From: an uncultured Porphyromonadaceae bacterium
GTDB lineage: Bacteria; Bacteroidota; Bacteroidia; Bacteroidales; Muribaculaceae
Direction of reading: 5' to 3'
Length of the DNA stretch: 64,000 nucleotides
NCBI GenBank assembly: GCA_947175215.1
Contig: CAMWLR010000001.1
Location: 6,199 to 70,198 of the forward strand
In this document: one piece after another, positions 1 to 12,027 of the stretch
Numbering within the stretch: position 1 is the first letter of the stretch
How the letters are laid out: every line of letters starts with the position of its first letter
Program-made: the position numbers and the translations under genes
The notes under the pieces: generated by a model
Database searches by the model: none
The model's input: only the letters and a program-made list of their open reading frames with translations
What the model was told of the DNA's origin: nothing

Positions 1-2
1 CG

Positions 3-707
3 TCAGGCGTTCCCTTTCTCGGCTTTAAGACGCGCGGCCTTCTCGAGCGCGGCCTTGACCTTGGCAACCTTCTCGGGGTCACCGGTAGCCTCGGCGGCAG
101 CGAGTGCTTTCTTGGCTTTCTCGTCAAGTTCGATTGCCGGAGTGGTACCCTCGGCGGCTTTCTTGGCTGCGGCAGCAGCCTTAGCAGCCTCAAGTTTAGC
201 TTTCTTCTCAGCCTCAAACTTAGCGATCTGCTCGGGGGTAGGCTTAGGCTCGGGTTTCTCGGGGAGGTAATTGAGCTGTTTGACGAGCTTAGAGCGTGTA
301 AACACAGCCTGCTCGAAATCATTGCTGAACTCGATGGCATCTGTCGGACAGGTCTGCACGCAGAGCTGACAGAATGTACAGCTGCCGAGATCGTAGATAT
401 AACGATCAATCTTCTTTTTCTTCTTGCCGTCCCAGGTGTCTACCATCTTGGTCTCAAGAGTGATAGTGCCGTTGGGACAGTTTCTCTCGCAAGTGCCGCA
501 AGCGATACATCTGTGGTTGCCGTCCTTGTCATAGATAAACTGCAAGGTAGCGCGGAAGCGCTGGGCAATGTGCATATTCTCGCGGTTGTCGGGATATTTC
601 TCAGTGATCTTAGGGGTGACGAACTCCTTGCCGGTCACCTGAAGACCCTTGACAAGGCTTGCCACACCTTTACCCAGACCTGAAAAATAATCTTTAATAC
701 TACCCAT
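3..707 (-). CDS. nuoI: NADH-quinone oxidoreductase subunit I (2x[4Fe-4S]) with Lys/Ala-rich C-terminal extension
   Basis: Two ferredoxin motifs, CIACGTCERNCP and CTFCQLCVQTCP; N-terminal TxxYP-type segment (ITEKYP); same strand as nuoA-H. The TGA stop at 3-5 is inside the window. Confidence 0.93.
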   Translation of the reverse strand: MGSIKDYFSGLGKGVASLVKGLQVTGKEFVTPKITEKYPDNRENMHIAQRFRATLQFIYDKDGNHRCIACGTCERNCPNGTITLETKMVDTWDGKKKKKIDRYIYDLGSCTFCQLCVQTCPTDAIEFSNDFEQAVFTRSKLVKQLNYLPEKPEPKPTPEQIAKFEAEKKAKLEAAKAAAAAKKAAEGTTPAIELDEKAKKALAAAEATGDPEKVAKVKAALEKAARLKAEKGNA

Positions 708-751
708 ATTGGTTTTAAGCGATATGATATTGTCTATTATTATTCATGGAG

Positions 752-1630
752 TTACTTCACCTGGCCACCGAGGATGTCGAGAAGCTCGGTCGTTATGGCC
801 TGCTGGCGAAGTTTGTTGAACTCAAGCTGTAACTGGTCGAATAGCTTCTTGGCGTTATCGTTGGCGCTCTGCATGGCCATCACACGGGCAGCCTGCTCGC
901 TTGCGCGGTTCTCGGTGAAGACATCCTGGATGACCGCCAGCAGATACATCGGCAGCACCTTGTTGAAGATAACTTCGGCCGAGGGCTCGAAGATATATGG
1001 ACGGGGCTTGATCTCACTGTCGAGGTCGGCAAAAGCCCCCGCCGTCACCGGCAGCAGCTGAGATGTCTCAAGACGCTGGCGGCTCACAGACTTATATGAC
1101 ATATAGAGCACGTCTATCACGTCATATTCGCCGTTGAGGAATGAGTCGCGCAACCGCCAGGTGAAATCCTTGACTTCGGTAGTCTTTGAGTCAACATCCT
1201 CGGGGAGTTTGACATTGACCCCGCCGACCTTGATCTTGGCGGCAGCCTTGGCTATCTTGGCACCGATCGGGATGACGGTGATGTGGACAGTGTCGCCGTA
1301 TTTTTCGCGCAACCCGGCGAGATGACTCACCAACTGCTTGAAGATATTCATATTGTATGCGCCACAAAGACCATCATCAGATCCCCACACCACCACTGCA
1401 TAATTGCTGACCGTATCGCGCGGTGTCATCAGCGGCGAATCGAACGATGCGTCTGATCCGAGCAGGTTGGCGATGATCGTCTCGACCTGCTCGCGGTAGG
1501 GCTTGAGCTGACGCAGAGCCCCCTCGGCCTTGTGCATTTTGGCCGATGAAATCATCTTCATCGCTCCGGTGATCTTCTCTGACGAAGCCACCGAGCCGAT
1601 TCTGCCTTTGAGTTCTCTTAATGTTGCCAT
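752..1630 (-). CDS. atpG: F1 ATP synthase gamma subunit
   Basis: MATLRELKGRIGSVASSEKITGAMKMISSAK start; SDDGLCGAYN; SEQAARVMAM; FNKLRQQAITTEL end. Confidence 0.97.
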   Translation of the reverse strand: MATLRELKGRIGSVASSEKITGAMKMISSAKMHKAEGALRQLKPYREQVETIIANLLGSDASFDSPLMTPRDTVSNYAVVVWGSDDGLCGAYNMNIFKQLVSHLAGLREKYGDTVHITVIPIGAKIAKAAAKIKVGGVNVKLPEDVDSKTTEVKDFTWRLRDSFLNGEYDVIDVLYMSYKSVSRQRLETSQLLPVTAGAFADLDSEIKPRPYIFEPSAEVIFNKVLPMYLLAVIQDVFTENRASEQAARVMAMQSANDNAKKLFDQLQLEFNKLRQQAITTELLDILGGQVK

Positions 1631-1694
1631 TAACGGTTATTTGCTGTGATCCGGTTAAATGTTATATGAGTGGTTAAGGGTCATCCGCGGGATG

Positions 1695-3269
1695 TCATGC
1701 ATAACGCTGGGCAACCTCCGAAGCCGCCTGCGTGAGCTTGGCAGTGCAATCGTCGGTGAGCTGGCCCGACTTGATTACGTCCATGACATCTGTCTGATGT
1801 TTGGCGTGGAGCAACTGCAACAGTCCCTGCTGGAAGTCGGCCACCTTGTCAAGAGGCACGTTTGAGAGCAGGCCGTTGACACCGCAATAGATGACAGCGA
1901 TCTCATCCTCGACAGCCCAGGGTTTATACTGGGGCTGAATCAGGAGCTGCTGGTTCTTGCGGCCGCGATCGATCACGCGGGCTGTCACAGGGTCGATATC
2001 GCCACCGAACTTGGTAAACGATTCGAGCTCGCGGAACTGAGCCTGGTCGATCTTGAGCGTACCGGCCACCTTCTTCATCGACTTGATCTGAGCGTTACCA
2101 CCCACACGCGATACTGAGATACCCACATTGATGGCGGGGCGGATACCGCGGTTAAACAGAGCTGTCTCGAGGTAGATCTGACCGTCGGTGATCGAGATTA
2201 CGTTAGTGGGGATGTATGCTGACACGTCGCCGGCCTGAGTCTCGATGATGGGGAGCGCGGTGAGTGATCCGCCGCCCTTGACGATAGGCTTGAGCACCTC
2301 GGGGAGGTCATTCATCTTCTCGGCCACTGCCTGATTGTCGATAATCTTGGCGGCACGCTCGAGCAGACGCGAGTGCAGGTAGAAAATATCACCGGGATAA
2401 GCCTCACGACCCGAGGGACGCTTGAGGATCAACGAGATCTCACGGTAAGCGACAGCCTGCTTTGAGAGGTCATCATAAACGATGAGCGCATCGCGACCTG
2501 TGTCACGGATAAACTCGCCGATAGCCACCCCGGCAAAGGGTGAATAGTAGCGCATGGAAGCGGAATCGGCAGCGGTGGCCGCTACCACACAGGTATAATC
2601 GAGGGCACCATGCTGACGTAATGTCTCAACAATAGCAGCCACCGATGATGCCTTCTGGCCGATGGCGACATAGATACAATAGACAGGTTTGCCTTCCTCG
2701 TAATTCTTTTTCTGGTTGATTATAGTGTCGATCGCGATAGCGGTCTTACCGATCTGACGGTCACCGATAATCAGCTCACGCTGGCCACGGCCGATGGGCA
2801 CCATCGAGTCGACAGCCTTGAGACCGGTCTGCAACGGCTGGTTTACAGACTGGCGGAAGATGACACCCGGAGCTTTGCGCTCGAGAGGCATCTCATATAA
2901 TTTACCCTCGATTGGCCCGCGGCCGTCGATGGGTTCGCCGAGGATATTGATGACACGGCCAAAGAGCCCCTCTCCTACCGGTATCGAGGCGATCTTGCCG
3001 GTACGACGGACAGTCATATTCTCGGTAACCGAGTTAACGTCGTTGAGCAGGATGACACCGACATTGCTCTCTTCGAGGTTAAGTGCCACACCTCTGACAC
3101 CGTTTTCAAACTCAACGAGCTCGTTGGCGCAGACGTTGTCGAGACCATAGACGTGAGCTACACCGTCACCGACTTCGAGCACGGTTCCAACCTCTTCAAA
3201 AGCAACAGACTTGTTGACATTCTCGAGTTGCTGCTTCAAAACTTCAGATATCTCGCTTGGATTAATCAT
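1695..3269 (-). CDS. atpA: F1 ATP synthase alpha subunit
   Basis: GDRQIGKT P-loop, [47 protein letters not shown]. Confidence 0.98.
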   Translation of the reverse strand: MINPSEISEVLKQQLENVNKSVAFEEVGTVLEVGDGVAHVYGLDNVCANELVEFENGVRGVALNLEESNVGVILLNDVNSVTENMTVRRTGKIASIPVGEGLFGRVINILGEPIDGRGPIEGKLYEMPLERKAPGVIFRQSVNQPLQTGLKAVDSMVPIGRGQRELIIGDRQIGKTAIAIDTIINQKKNYEEGKPVYCIYVAIGQKASSVAAIVETLRQHGALDYTCVVAATAADSASMRYYSPFAGVAIGEFIRDTGRDALIVYDDLSKQAVAYREISLILKRPSGREAYPGDIFYLHSRLLERAAKIIDNQAVAEKMNDLPEVLKPIVKGGGSLTALPIIETQAGDVSAYIPTNVISITDGQIYLETALFNRGIRPAINVGISVSRVGGNAQIKSMKKVAGTLKIDQAQFRELESFTKFGGDIDPVTARVIDRGRKNQQLLIQPQYKPWAVEDEIAVIYCGVNGLLSNVPLDKVADFQQGLLQLLHAKHQTDVMDVIKSGQLTDDCTAKLTQAASEVAQRYA

Positions 3270-3313
3270 TTGTCCAAAAAGTTGTTATGAGCCATTCTCA
3301 GCTTTTCAGGGGG

Positions 3314-3901
3314 TCAAGCCTGCTTCAAAAGCTTCAATCGCAATTGTTTAAGTTCATTCTTTACCGAGGCGTCGAGACGCTCGTTGTCAATATCGACCGT
3401 AAATCCGCCGATCAGCTCGGGGTCAGTGGCAAATGCAGCCTCTGTCTTCCCCCCGTCGAGGTGAGCCTCAATCAGCTTCATCAGCCTCTGCCGTTCGGGG
3501 TCGTCAAGCGGTTTGGCCGAGACCACCGTCACTCTGTATATCCTGTTGGCCTTGCGATAAATATCACAATACGCCCGGGCGACAGCAGCGGCAATCGGGA
3601 GTCGCTTGTTGGTCGACAGCAACTTCAGGAAATCGGTGTAGACCTCCGTGACATCCTCTCCGGTCGTTTTTGCATCAGCGCCGTCACCCTTGGCGGCCGG
3701 ATCACCGGCAGTAAGCAGCAATGCGAGTTTATCCTTGTCTGCTACAAACGGATTGGCGATAGCATCATCAAGAGAGGGATTGTCGGCAAAACTCCTTCCG
3801 AGGTTGCCCATGACACGGTAAAGTCCCTTATCGGCCCCCTTCTCGCAAGCATACATATAGAGAGCCTTGGCATAACGTTTGGGAATTAAACCTTCATTCA
3901 T
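3314..3901 (-). CDS. atpH: ATP synthase delta subunit
   Basis: IPKRYAKALY start and DPELIGGF...LDAS end typical of delta/OSCP; lies between atpF and atpA. Confidence 0.92.
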   Translation of the reverse strand: MNEGLIPKRYAKALYMYACEKGADKGLYRVMGNLGRSFADNPSLDDAIANPFVADKDKLALLLTAGDPAAKGDGADAKTTGEDVTEVYTDFLKLLSTNKRLPIAAAVARAYCDIYRKANRIYRVTVVSAKPLDDPERQRLMKLIEAHLDGGKTEAAFATDPELIGGFTVDIDNERLDASVKNELKQLRLKLLKQA

Positions 3902-3936
3902 TGCGATAACGGATTACAATGGGTGATCCTCGGCGG

Positions 3937-4434
3937 TCAGTTGTGACTTTCTATTTCGTCAAGGTAGCTGTTGACCAGTTTGCGCTGGGCTGCGTCATCT
4001 GAGAGCTGACTGCGTGTAACTTTGCCTGCAATCTGCAATGCTACACGGCTGACTTCGTCACGCAGATTCTGCTCAGCCTCGCGACGACTCTGCTCGATAG
4101 AGAGCTTGGCGGCATCTTTCTCTTTCTGAGCCTCTTTCTTTGCTTCCTCACGTGCCTCTTCAATAATCTGGGCTTTCATGCGGTTAGCCTCTGCGATAAT
4201 GTCGGCCTCCTTACGGTGCGCCTCCTGTATCTGCCTGTCGGCCTCGAGCTGAGAGTTTTCGAGCTGTTCCTTGGCGTTTTGAGCATACTCAACACCCTTA
4301 TCTATAAGGTCGGCACGACCGTCGATGCCCTTCATTATGGCAGGCCAGGCAAATTTCCACAGGATGAAAAACAGTATGGCAAACGCCACAAACATCCAGA
4401 TGGTCAAGCCAAAATCAACTTTGAAAAGTTCCAT
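3937..4434 (-). CDS. atpF: ATP synthase Fo subunit b
   Basis: Start moved to MELFKVDFGLTIW (ATG at 4434). One TM helix (FAILFFILWKFAWPAI) followed by a charged coiled coil. Confidence 0.93.
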   Translation of the reverse strand: MELFKVDFGLTIWMFVAFAILFFILWKFAWPAIMKGIDGRADLIDKGVEYAQNAKEQLENSQLEADRQIQEAHRKEADIIAEANRMKAQIIEEAREEAKKEAQKEKDAAKLSIEQSRREAEQNLRDEVSRVALQIAGKVTRSQLSDDAAQRKLVNSYLDEIESHN

Positions 4435-4563
4435 AGTTAAAATAACCTCATTGTTAAGGGTTAAGCATTTGTGTTGATGTCGGTGACACACGCTCACCGA
4501 CCGGTATCAATACTCTTGTCCGCGGAGACATCCCTGCCGGGTGTCTCCGTCGGTCAGCAAAGT

Positions 4564-4845
<282 letters not shown>

Positions 4846-6015
4846 TTATTTGTTCGTTACTGTGGGTTGAGCTTCAGGCCCGTGATGCTCCTCGTGCTCC
4901 TCATGCTTAGCCTGGGCAAGCGAGATGAAGATTGTCGAGAGCATCGTGAACACGTAAGCCTGTATGAAGCTGACCAATACGTCTATCAGGAGCATGAACA
5001 CCGAGAACAACACCGAGACAACGGCTGTACCCGAGGCCACGGCCACGCCCATAGCTGCAAAGATAAAGATCAGCATGGTCAGAATCAAGACGATCATATG
5101 GCCGCCCATCATGTTGGCAAACAGACGCACCGTCAGAGCCGCAGGTTTGGTAAAGATTCCGAAAACCTCGATTACCTGCATGATCGGCAGGGGGAACTTG
5201 AGCCAAAGGGGAACATCGGGCCAGAAAATCTCTTTCCAATAAACTTTCGTGCCAAAGAAGTTTGTCATCACAAAAGTCATCAGGGCGAGCACCAGCGTCA
5301 CGGCAATGTTACCTGTTACGTTCGCGCCACCCGGGAAGACCACGATCAGACCCAACAGATTCATAAAGAATATAAAGAAGAAGACTGTCAGCAGATAGGG
5401 TGCAAACTTGGGAGCTTTCTCCTTTAATGTCGACTTGATGACACCGACATAGATAAATTCCACGAGTGCCTCTATCGCGCCCGTCATCTTGCGGGGAGCT
5501 TTGAAAGGATTCTTCTTGTGCCAGCGGGCCAGCTGTAGCACCAGTATCAGCACCACAATGCAGGCGATAAAGATGGCACATACGTTTTTGGTGATAGAGA
5601 TGTCCCACGGCTTAATCTCCTTGCCGTCGACAATCTCTACGAGTTTACCTTTGTCATCACCCTCAGTGGCTATCTTGAATGTTGCTTTACCATCGACATA
5701 CTCTTCTCCATGAGTGACACGAGAGGATGAGAAAATATGCAGGCCGTCGCTCCCCCATACGATAATCGGCAAGGGTATGCGCTTATGATGATTGAAAGGC
5801 ACCTCCCAGCCATAAGCGTCGCCGAGATGCTCAAACAGAGTCTCCTTGATCCAATAACCGGGGTCTTCGGCTTTGTCGGCCGACTCAGATACCGATGCAT
5901 CGGTTGTTGCATCGGTCGCCTGCGCGAAAGAGCAGACAGCCCCGGTAACAATCAAAACCAGTATTAAAAGCAACTTCTTCATGCTGAAGCTATGGGGTTT
6001 CTCTTTAACAATCAA
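4846..6015 (-). CDS. atpB: ATP synthase Fo subunit a with N-terminal extension
   Basis: KPAALTVRLFANMMGGH and FIQAYVFTMLSTIFI motifs. The true start may be MKKLLLIL at 5982. Confidence 0.95.
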   Translation of the reverse strand: MIVKEKPHSFSMKKLLLILVLIVTGAVCSFAQATDATTDASVSESADKAEDPGYWIKETLFEHLGDAYGWEVPFNHHKRIPLPIIVWGSDGLHIFSSSRVTHGEEYVDGKATFKIATEGDDKGKLVEIVDGKEIKPWDISITKNVCAIFIACIVVLILVLQLARWHKKNPFKAPRKMTGAIEALVEFIYVGVIKSTLKEKAPKFAPYLLTVFFFIFFMNLLGLIVVFPGGANVTGNIAVTLVLALMTFVMTNFFGTKVYWKEIFWPDVPLWLKFPLPIMQVIEVFGIFTKPAALTVRLFANMMGGHMIVLILTMLIFIFAAMGVAVASGTAVVSVLFSVFMLLIDVLVSFIQAYVFTMLSTIFISLAQAKHEEHEEHHGPEAQPTVTNK

Positions 6016-6245
6016 TAAATACAGACGGTCACTACATCATGGTCGATATCCACAATACCGCCTTCGACCTCAGTCTCATGGCGCTCAGAGCCCTCGGCAT
6101 AGCGGATAGTACCCCTCACAAGGGTCGACACCAGCGAAGCGTGGCGCGGAAGCACGGTAAATTGCCCCATCTCGCCGGGGAGTGTGACCACTGAGGCCTC
6201 ACCCTCAAAAAGCACTTTCTCTGCTGAAATTATCTTGAGAACCAT
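6012..6245 (-). CDS. atpC: ATP synthase epsilon subunit (short, beta-sandwich only)
   Basis: LKIISAEKVLFEG...LPGEMGQFTVLPRHASLVS...GGIVD; directly downstream of atpD. Confidence 0.92.
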   Translation of the reverse strand: MVLKIISAEKVLFEGEASVVTLPGEMGQFTVLPRHASLVSTLVRGTIRYAEGSERHETEVEGGIVDIDHDVVTVCIY

Positions 6246-6281
6246 AATAATGCGTCGATATATATATACTGAGGTGACAGA

Positions 6282-7811
<1,530 letters not shown>

Positions 7812-7828
7812 TCAGGGGTAAGATAAAA

Positions 7829-8935
7829 TTACTGGGGGAGCTGTCCGAAATAGAGTTTTTCGGTAACGATCCATACCATCAGGGCGAGGTTGACCAGGTT
7901 GATGGGGAGGAGATATTTCCACTCGAGGGTCAGCAGCTGGTCGATACGCAGACGCGGATATGTCCACTTAAACCAAATGATGATAAACGAGATGATGAAT
8001 GCCTTGCCGAGGAACCACACTACAGAGGGGATATAACCCATGATCTGGTTAAATCCGTCCCAACCCTCGATGCGGAAAGGCATCCAGCCTCCGAAGAAGA
8101 GGAGGGTGGCAACGCCTGATACGATAAAGAGGTTGAGGTATTCAGCAAGATAGAAGAAACCGAAGTGGATACCTGAATACTCGGTATGATAACCGGCTGT
8201 CAGCTCGCTCTCAGCCTCGGGGAGGTCAAACGGGCCACGGTTAGTCTCGGCAGTACCGGCGATCAGATATATCACGAATGCTATGATAGCGGGGATATGG
8301 GCCGAGAATATAAACCAATGGTCGGCCTGAGCCTCGACAATCTCACCGACATTCATCGTACCGGCAAAGACAACCATAGTGAGTATCGACAGGCCGACAG
8401 AAAGCTCGTAGCTGACCATCTGAGCGCCCGAACGGAGCGCACCGATGAGTGTGAACTTGTTGTTTGACGACCAACCTGCCAGCAGAATACCGAGCACGCC
8501 GATCGACGAGCAGGCCAGCAGGAAGAAGATACCGATATTGAAGTCGATAATCTGCAGACCGTTACCCCAGGGGAGGACGGCAAAGCAGAGCATCGAGGCG
8601 ATGATCACCAGATAGGGCGCTAACGCAAAGAGGAATTTGTCGATATGATTAAGTGATATAAGCTCCTTGATGAGGATCTTGAACATATCGGCACAGCTCT
8701 GCAACAGACCCCAGGGGCCGACACGGTTAGGTCCGAGACGGCACTGGAAGTATGCACAGATCTTACGCTCGTAGAGAATGTAGAAGAGTGCCAGCAGCGA
8801 ATAGACCAGCAGCAGCCCCACGCCAACGAGCAGACACTCAAGTGTTGTGGCCAGCCACGAGGGCATATAATTGTTCAACATCGTGTCGAACCATGTCGTC
8901 AGGCTGCTGAAATTATCTATGGTGTAATTACTCAT
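7829..8935 (-). CDS. nuoH: NADH-quinone oxidoreductase subunit H
   Basis: [52 protein letters not shown] motifs. Confidence 0.97.
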   Translation of the reverse strand: MSNYTIDNFSSLTTWFDTMLNNYMPSWLATTLECLLVGVGLLLVYSLLALFYILYERKICAYFQCRLGPNRVGPWGLLQSCADMFKILIKELISLNHIDKFLFALAPYLVIIASMLCFAVLPWGNGLQIIDFNIGIFFLLACSSIGVLGILLAGWSSNNKFTLIGALRSGAQMVSYELSVGLSILTMVVFAGTMNVGEIVEAQADHWFIFSAHIPAIIAFVIYLIAGTAETNRGPFDLPEAESELTAGYHTEYSGIHFGFFYLAEYLNLFIVSGVATLLFFGGWMPFRIEGWDGFNQIMGYIPSVVWFLGKAFIISFIIIWFKWTYPRLRIDQLLTLEWKYLLPINLVNLALMVWIVTEKLYFGQLPQ

Positions 8936-9005
8936 GACAAGTAACGTGAATGTGAATCAGGATATTTCGTTTCTAAAATTCTCGCATTGGTTTATCGGTC
9001 GGCGA

Positions 9006-10628
9006 TCAGCGGTCCATATCAGGCACGATATAGTCCATTGATCCGCCGATGGTGATAAGGTCGGCGATCTTCTGGCCGCGGGTGATATGATCAACCACAG
9101 CGCCGGCGGGAAGACCGGGTGTCGCCAGTTTGAGACGGTAGGGCTTGGCCGATCCGTCACTCTCGATATATACGCCGAACAGACCGCGGCATCCCTCGAC
9201 AACCTGAAACCAATGTCCGGCGGGGAGTTTGATCACCTTAGGCACCTTGGCGCAATATTCACCCTCGGGGAGCATCTCGATGAGCTGCTCGAGGATGCCC
9301 TTTGACTGGAGTATCTCGTCGACACGGTTTTTGAAACGTGCCATCGAGTCACCCTCGGTGCGGATGACCTGATCAAACTTAAGCTCTGAGTAAACACTGT
9401 AAGGATGTGTCTTGCGAACATCGCAGGCCCAGCCTGACGCGCGGCCTGACGGGCCGGTGATTGCCCACGATTTGGCATCGGCGTTAGAGAGTACACCCAC
9501 GCCGGTCAGACGGCTCTTGGCAACGACGTTGCCCGTAAAGAGTTTGTTATATTCGGCTACGTTCTTGGGGAGGACGGCGAGCAGCTCCTTGACATCCTTG
9601 ATGAAGTCAGGGTCGAGGTCGGCCATTACACCGCCGATACAGTCATAATTGAATGTCATGCGGGCACCGCAGGTCTTCTCCATAATGTCGAGAATCTGCT
9701 CACGCACTCGCAGTGTATAGAAGAGCATCGTGGTCGCCCCGAGGTCCATACAGAATGTACCGATAAAGAGGCAGTGTGACGCGATACGCGACAGCTCATC
9801 CATCATCGTGCGTATCACCTGAGCGCGGCGGGGCACCTCGATGCCGGCTGCCTTCTCGATGGCCAGACAGAGGCCATGGTGATAGTTGTGTGCCGAGAAG
9901 TAGTCGAGACGGTCCATGAAATGGAGTGTCTGCATATATGAGAGATCCTCACAGAGTTTCTCGACACCGCGGTGGATATAGCCCATGTAGACATCGATCT
10001 TCTGGATTGTCTCGCCATCGACAGCCGTGCGGAAACGGAGCACGCCGTGAGTGGCAGGGTGCTGCGGGCCGATGTTGACGACAAAGTCATCCTCGTTGAA
10101 GATACGTGTTTTCTCTTCTTTGATCGATCCGTCGGGCATCTCTATCCATGACTGGGTATAGTCGGTCTGACGCTCGCTCTGAGTCGACACGGGGTTGATC
10201 TCGGGTGACGCGTCATAATCTTTGCGGAAGGGAAAGCCCACCCAGTCGATATTCAGGAAGAGACGACGCATATCGGGGTTATTGATAAAGATAATCCCGA
10301 AGAAATCGTATACCTCGCGCTCATAAATGCCGCCGATGGCATAAAGGTCGGCGATAGAGTGGAGCATGGGATTGTCACGGTCAGTGGTCTGCGTCTTGAT
10401 CGAGATAAACTCTTTGGTCTCGGTCGATGTCAGATAATAGACACATCCCAGCGAAGTCACCCAGTCCATACCGACGATAGTGACGAGATAGTCAAAACCG
10501 TGGTCGTCGCGGAGTGATTTCACCAAATCGTGAAGCTTGGCGTCGGGGATGTTCACCAGCAAAATCTCACCTTCCTCAAAGGTTGCTTCGGGGAAGATCT
10601 TAGAGATTTTTTCCTGCAAAATAGCCAT
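9006..10628 (-). CDS. nuoCD: NADH-quinone oxidoreductase fused subunit C/D
   Basis: NuoC motif EREVYDFFGIIF...GFPFRKD followed by NuoD motifs NIGPQHPATHGVLR and GYIHRGVEK; ends PDMDR. Confidence 0.96.
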   Translation of the reverse strand: MAILQEKISKIFPEATFEEGEILLVNIPDAKLHDLVKSLRDDHGFDYLVTIVGMDWVTSLGCVYYLTSTETKEFISIKTQTTDRDNPMLHSIADLYAIGGIYEREVYDFFGIIFINNPDMRRLFLNIDWVGFPFRKDYDASPEINPVSTQSERQTDYTQSWIEMPDGSIKEEKTRIFNEDDFVVNIGPQHPATHGVLRFRTAVDGETIQKIDVYMGYIHRGVEKLCEDLSYMQTLHFMDRLDYFSAHNYHHGLCLAIEKAAGIEVPRRAQVIRTMMDELSRIASHCLFIGTFCMDLGATTMLFYTLRVREQILDIMEKTCGARMTFNYDCIGGVMADLDPDFIKDVKELLAVLPKNVAEYNKLFTGNVVAKSRLTGVGVLSNADAKSWAITGPSGRASGWACDVRKTHPYSVYSELKFDQVIRTEGDSMARFKNRVDEILQSKGILEQLIEMLPEGEYCAKVPKVIKLPAGHWFQVVEGCRGLFGVYIESDGSAKPYRLKLATPGLPAGAVVDHITRGQKIADLITIGGSMDYIVPDMDR

Positions 10629-10648
10629 GTATGTTGTGTGATGGTTTA

Positions 10649-11278
10649 TCAGTCAATGTTAGCCGCCGAAGTATCTTCGATGGGATGAGCGGCGAGAAAT
10701 TCCTTCTGGTTCTCCTGACGGTTGACACCGCCAAAGAAGCGCTCGACCTTGATCTTGCGCGATAACTGCATGATCGAGTATATCATAGCCTCGGGACGCG
10801 GAGGACATCCGGGACAGAACACGTCAACCGGGACAATATCCTCGATACCCTTGGCCACGTGATAGCTCTTACGGAACGGGCCGCCTGAGATGGCACACGA
10901 ACCGCATGCAATCACATATTTGGGCTCGGCCAGCTGATCATAGAGGCGACGGAAAACGGGCACCATACGGTGAACGATCGTCCCGGCGACCATCATGAAG
11001 TCAGCCTGACGGGGCGAGGCTCGGGCAACTTCCCAGCCAAATCGCGCCATGTCAAAACGGGCGGCTCCGAGCGACACAAATTCAATGCCGCAGCAACTGG
11101 TGGCGAAGGTGAGCGGCCAGAGCGAGTTAGAACGCCCCCAGTTGATCAGTTTGTCGAGAGACCCAACCAGCACGTTGGTCCCCGACTCGCGAAGCTCCGT
11201 AACGAGCTTCTCTATATAGTCGTTATCCTTCCAGGCATCATAAGGCATGCCCTGGGCGGTAACCTGTTTCATTTCCAT
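10649..11278 (-). CDS. nuoB: NADH-quinone oxidoreductase subunit B
   Basis: SLWPLTFATSCCGIE, SPRQAD, GSCAISGG, PGCPPRPE motifs. Confidence 0.97.
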   Translation of the reverse strand: MEMKQVTAQGMPYDAWKDNDYIEKLVTELRESGTNVLVGSLDKLINWGRSNSLWPLTFATSCCGIEFVSLGAARFDMARFGWEVARASPRQADFMMVAGTIVHRMVPVFRRLYDQLAEPKYVIACGSCAISGGPFRKSYHVAKGIEDIVPVDVFCPGCPPRPEAMIYSIMQLSRKIKVERFFGGVNRQENQKEFLAAHPIEDTSAANID

Positions 11279-11646
11279 TCAAGTGCTCCTTTCCGCCAGG
11301 CATACACAAGACCCAGCACTAAGATTGCGAAAAAAACAGCGACGCAGAGAATGCCTTCACTACCGAGGGCACGCATCTTGACGGCCCAGGGGAACAGAAA
11401 GACAGTTTCTACGTCGAACATCAGGAAGAGGATGGCGAACAGATAGTAACCTACATGGAAACGCGCCATTGATTCACCACGGGTGGGGATACCACACTCA
11501 TAGGCCTCTCCTTTCTGCGGATTAAAGGAGCGGGGAGAAATAAGGCCGGCGATCCACAGAGCCAGCCATACCAGCCCTGCTCCGGTGAGCAACGCCACGA
11601 TGGCAAATACTGCGGCATCGATGCCAAAAATTCCTAAAGATATCAT
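11269..11646 (-). CDS. nuoA: NADH-quinone oxidoreductase subunit A
   Basis: KGEAYECG, YYLFAILFLMFDVETVFLFPWA, WRKGALEW. Confidence 0.97.
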   Translation of the reverse strand: MISLGIFGIDAAVFAIVALLTGAGLVWLALWIAGLISPRSFNPQKGEAYECGIPTRGESMARFHVGYYLFAILFLMFDVETVFLFPWAVKMRALGSEGILCVAVFFAILVLGLVYAWRKGALEWK

Positions 11647-11868
11647 GAACTATATTGTTGTGATTTCAGGTTAATTCATAGCGACGGCCGATGAGATTCT
11701 CACAGGCTCGCGCGCCTTTAGGGTTGTAAGCACAATCATGACTCAGCCTCAAACCTGAGGTAACTGCAACAGGCAAGCACAATCCTCGCCGGCACTTTAC
11801 CCACTGGTAATCAGCAGAATATAATTGTCACCGTAAACACAGACCCGTCGGCCTGAGATTTACGGCTA

Positions 11869-11876
11869 CAAAGATA
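11869..11876 (-). promoter_or_regulatory. Bacteroidetes housekeeping -7 box (TATCTTTG) for the nuo/atp operon
   Basis: Exact TAnnTTTG on the minus strand about 220 nt upstream of nuoA; a TTTG lies 16 nt further upstream (11893-11896). Confidence 0.65.
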
Positions 11877-12027
11877 GGAATTTTTTAGTAATCAAAGGTT
11901 AAAAAACTGCCACAAATTTCGCTTTAAGGCCAACTTTTCAAAATAACCGTGAAATCTCCGCCTTAATTTTTAGCATACTTTAACTCATCTCCCTCCCCTC
12001 CTCCTCCTCAAATCCACCCGACTTTAT

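Noticed and set aside
6012-6245. Short epsilon subunit lacking C-terminal helices
   Set aside because: Known feature of Bacteroidetes AtpC, not a truncation.
7829-11646. Absence of nuoE/F/G from the operon
   Set aside because: An 11-subunit complex I without the NADH module is already established for Bacteroidales.
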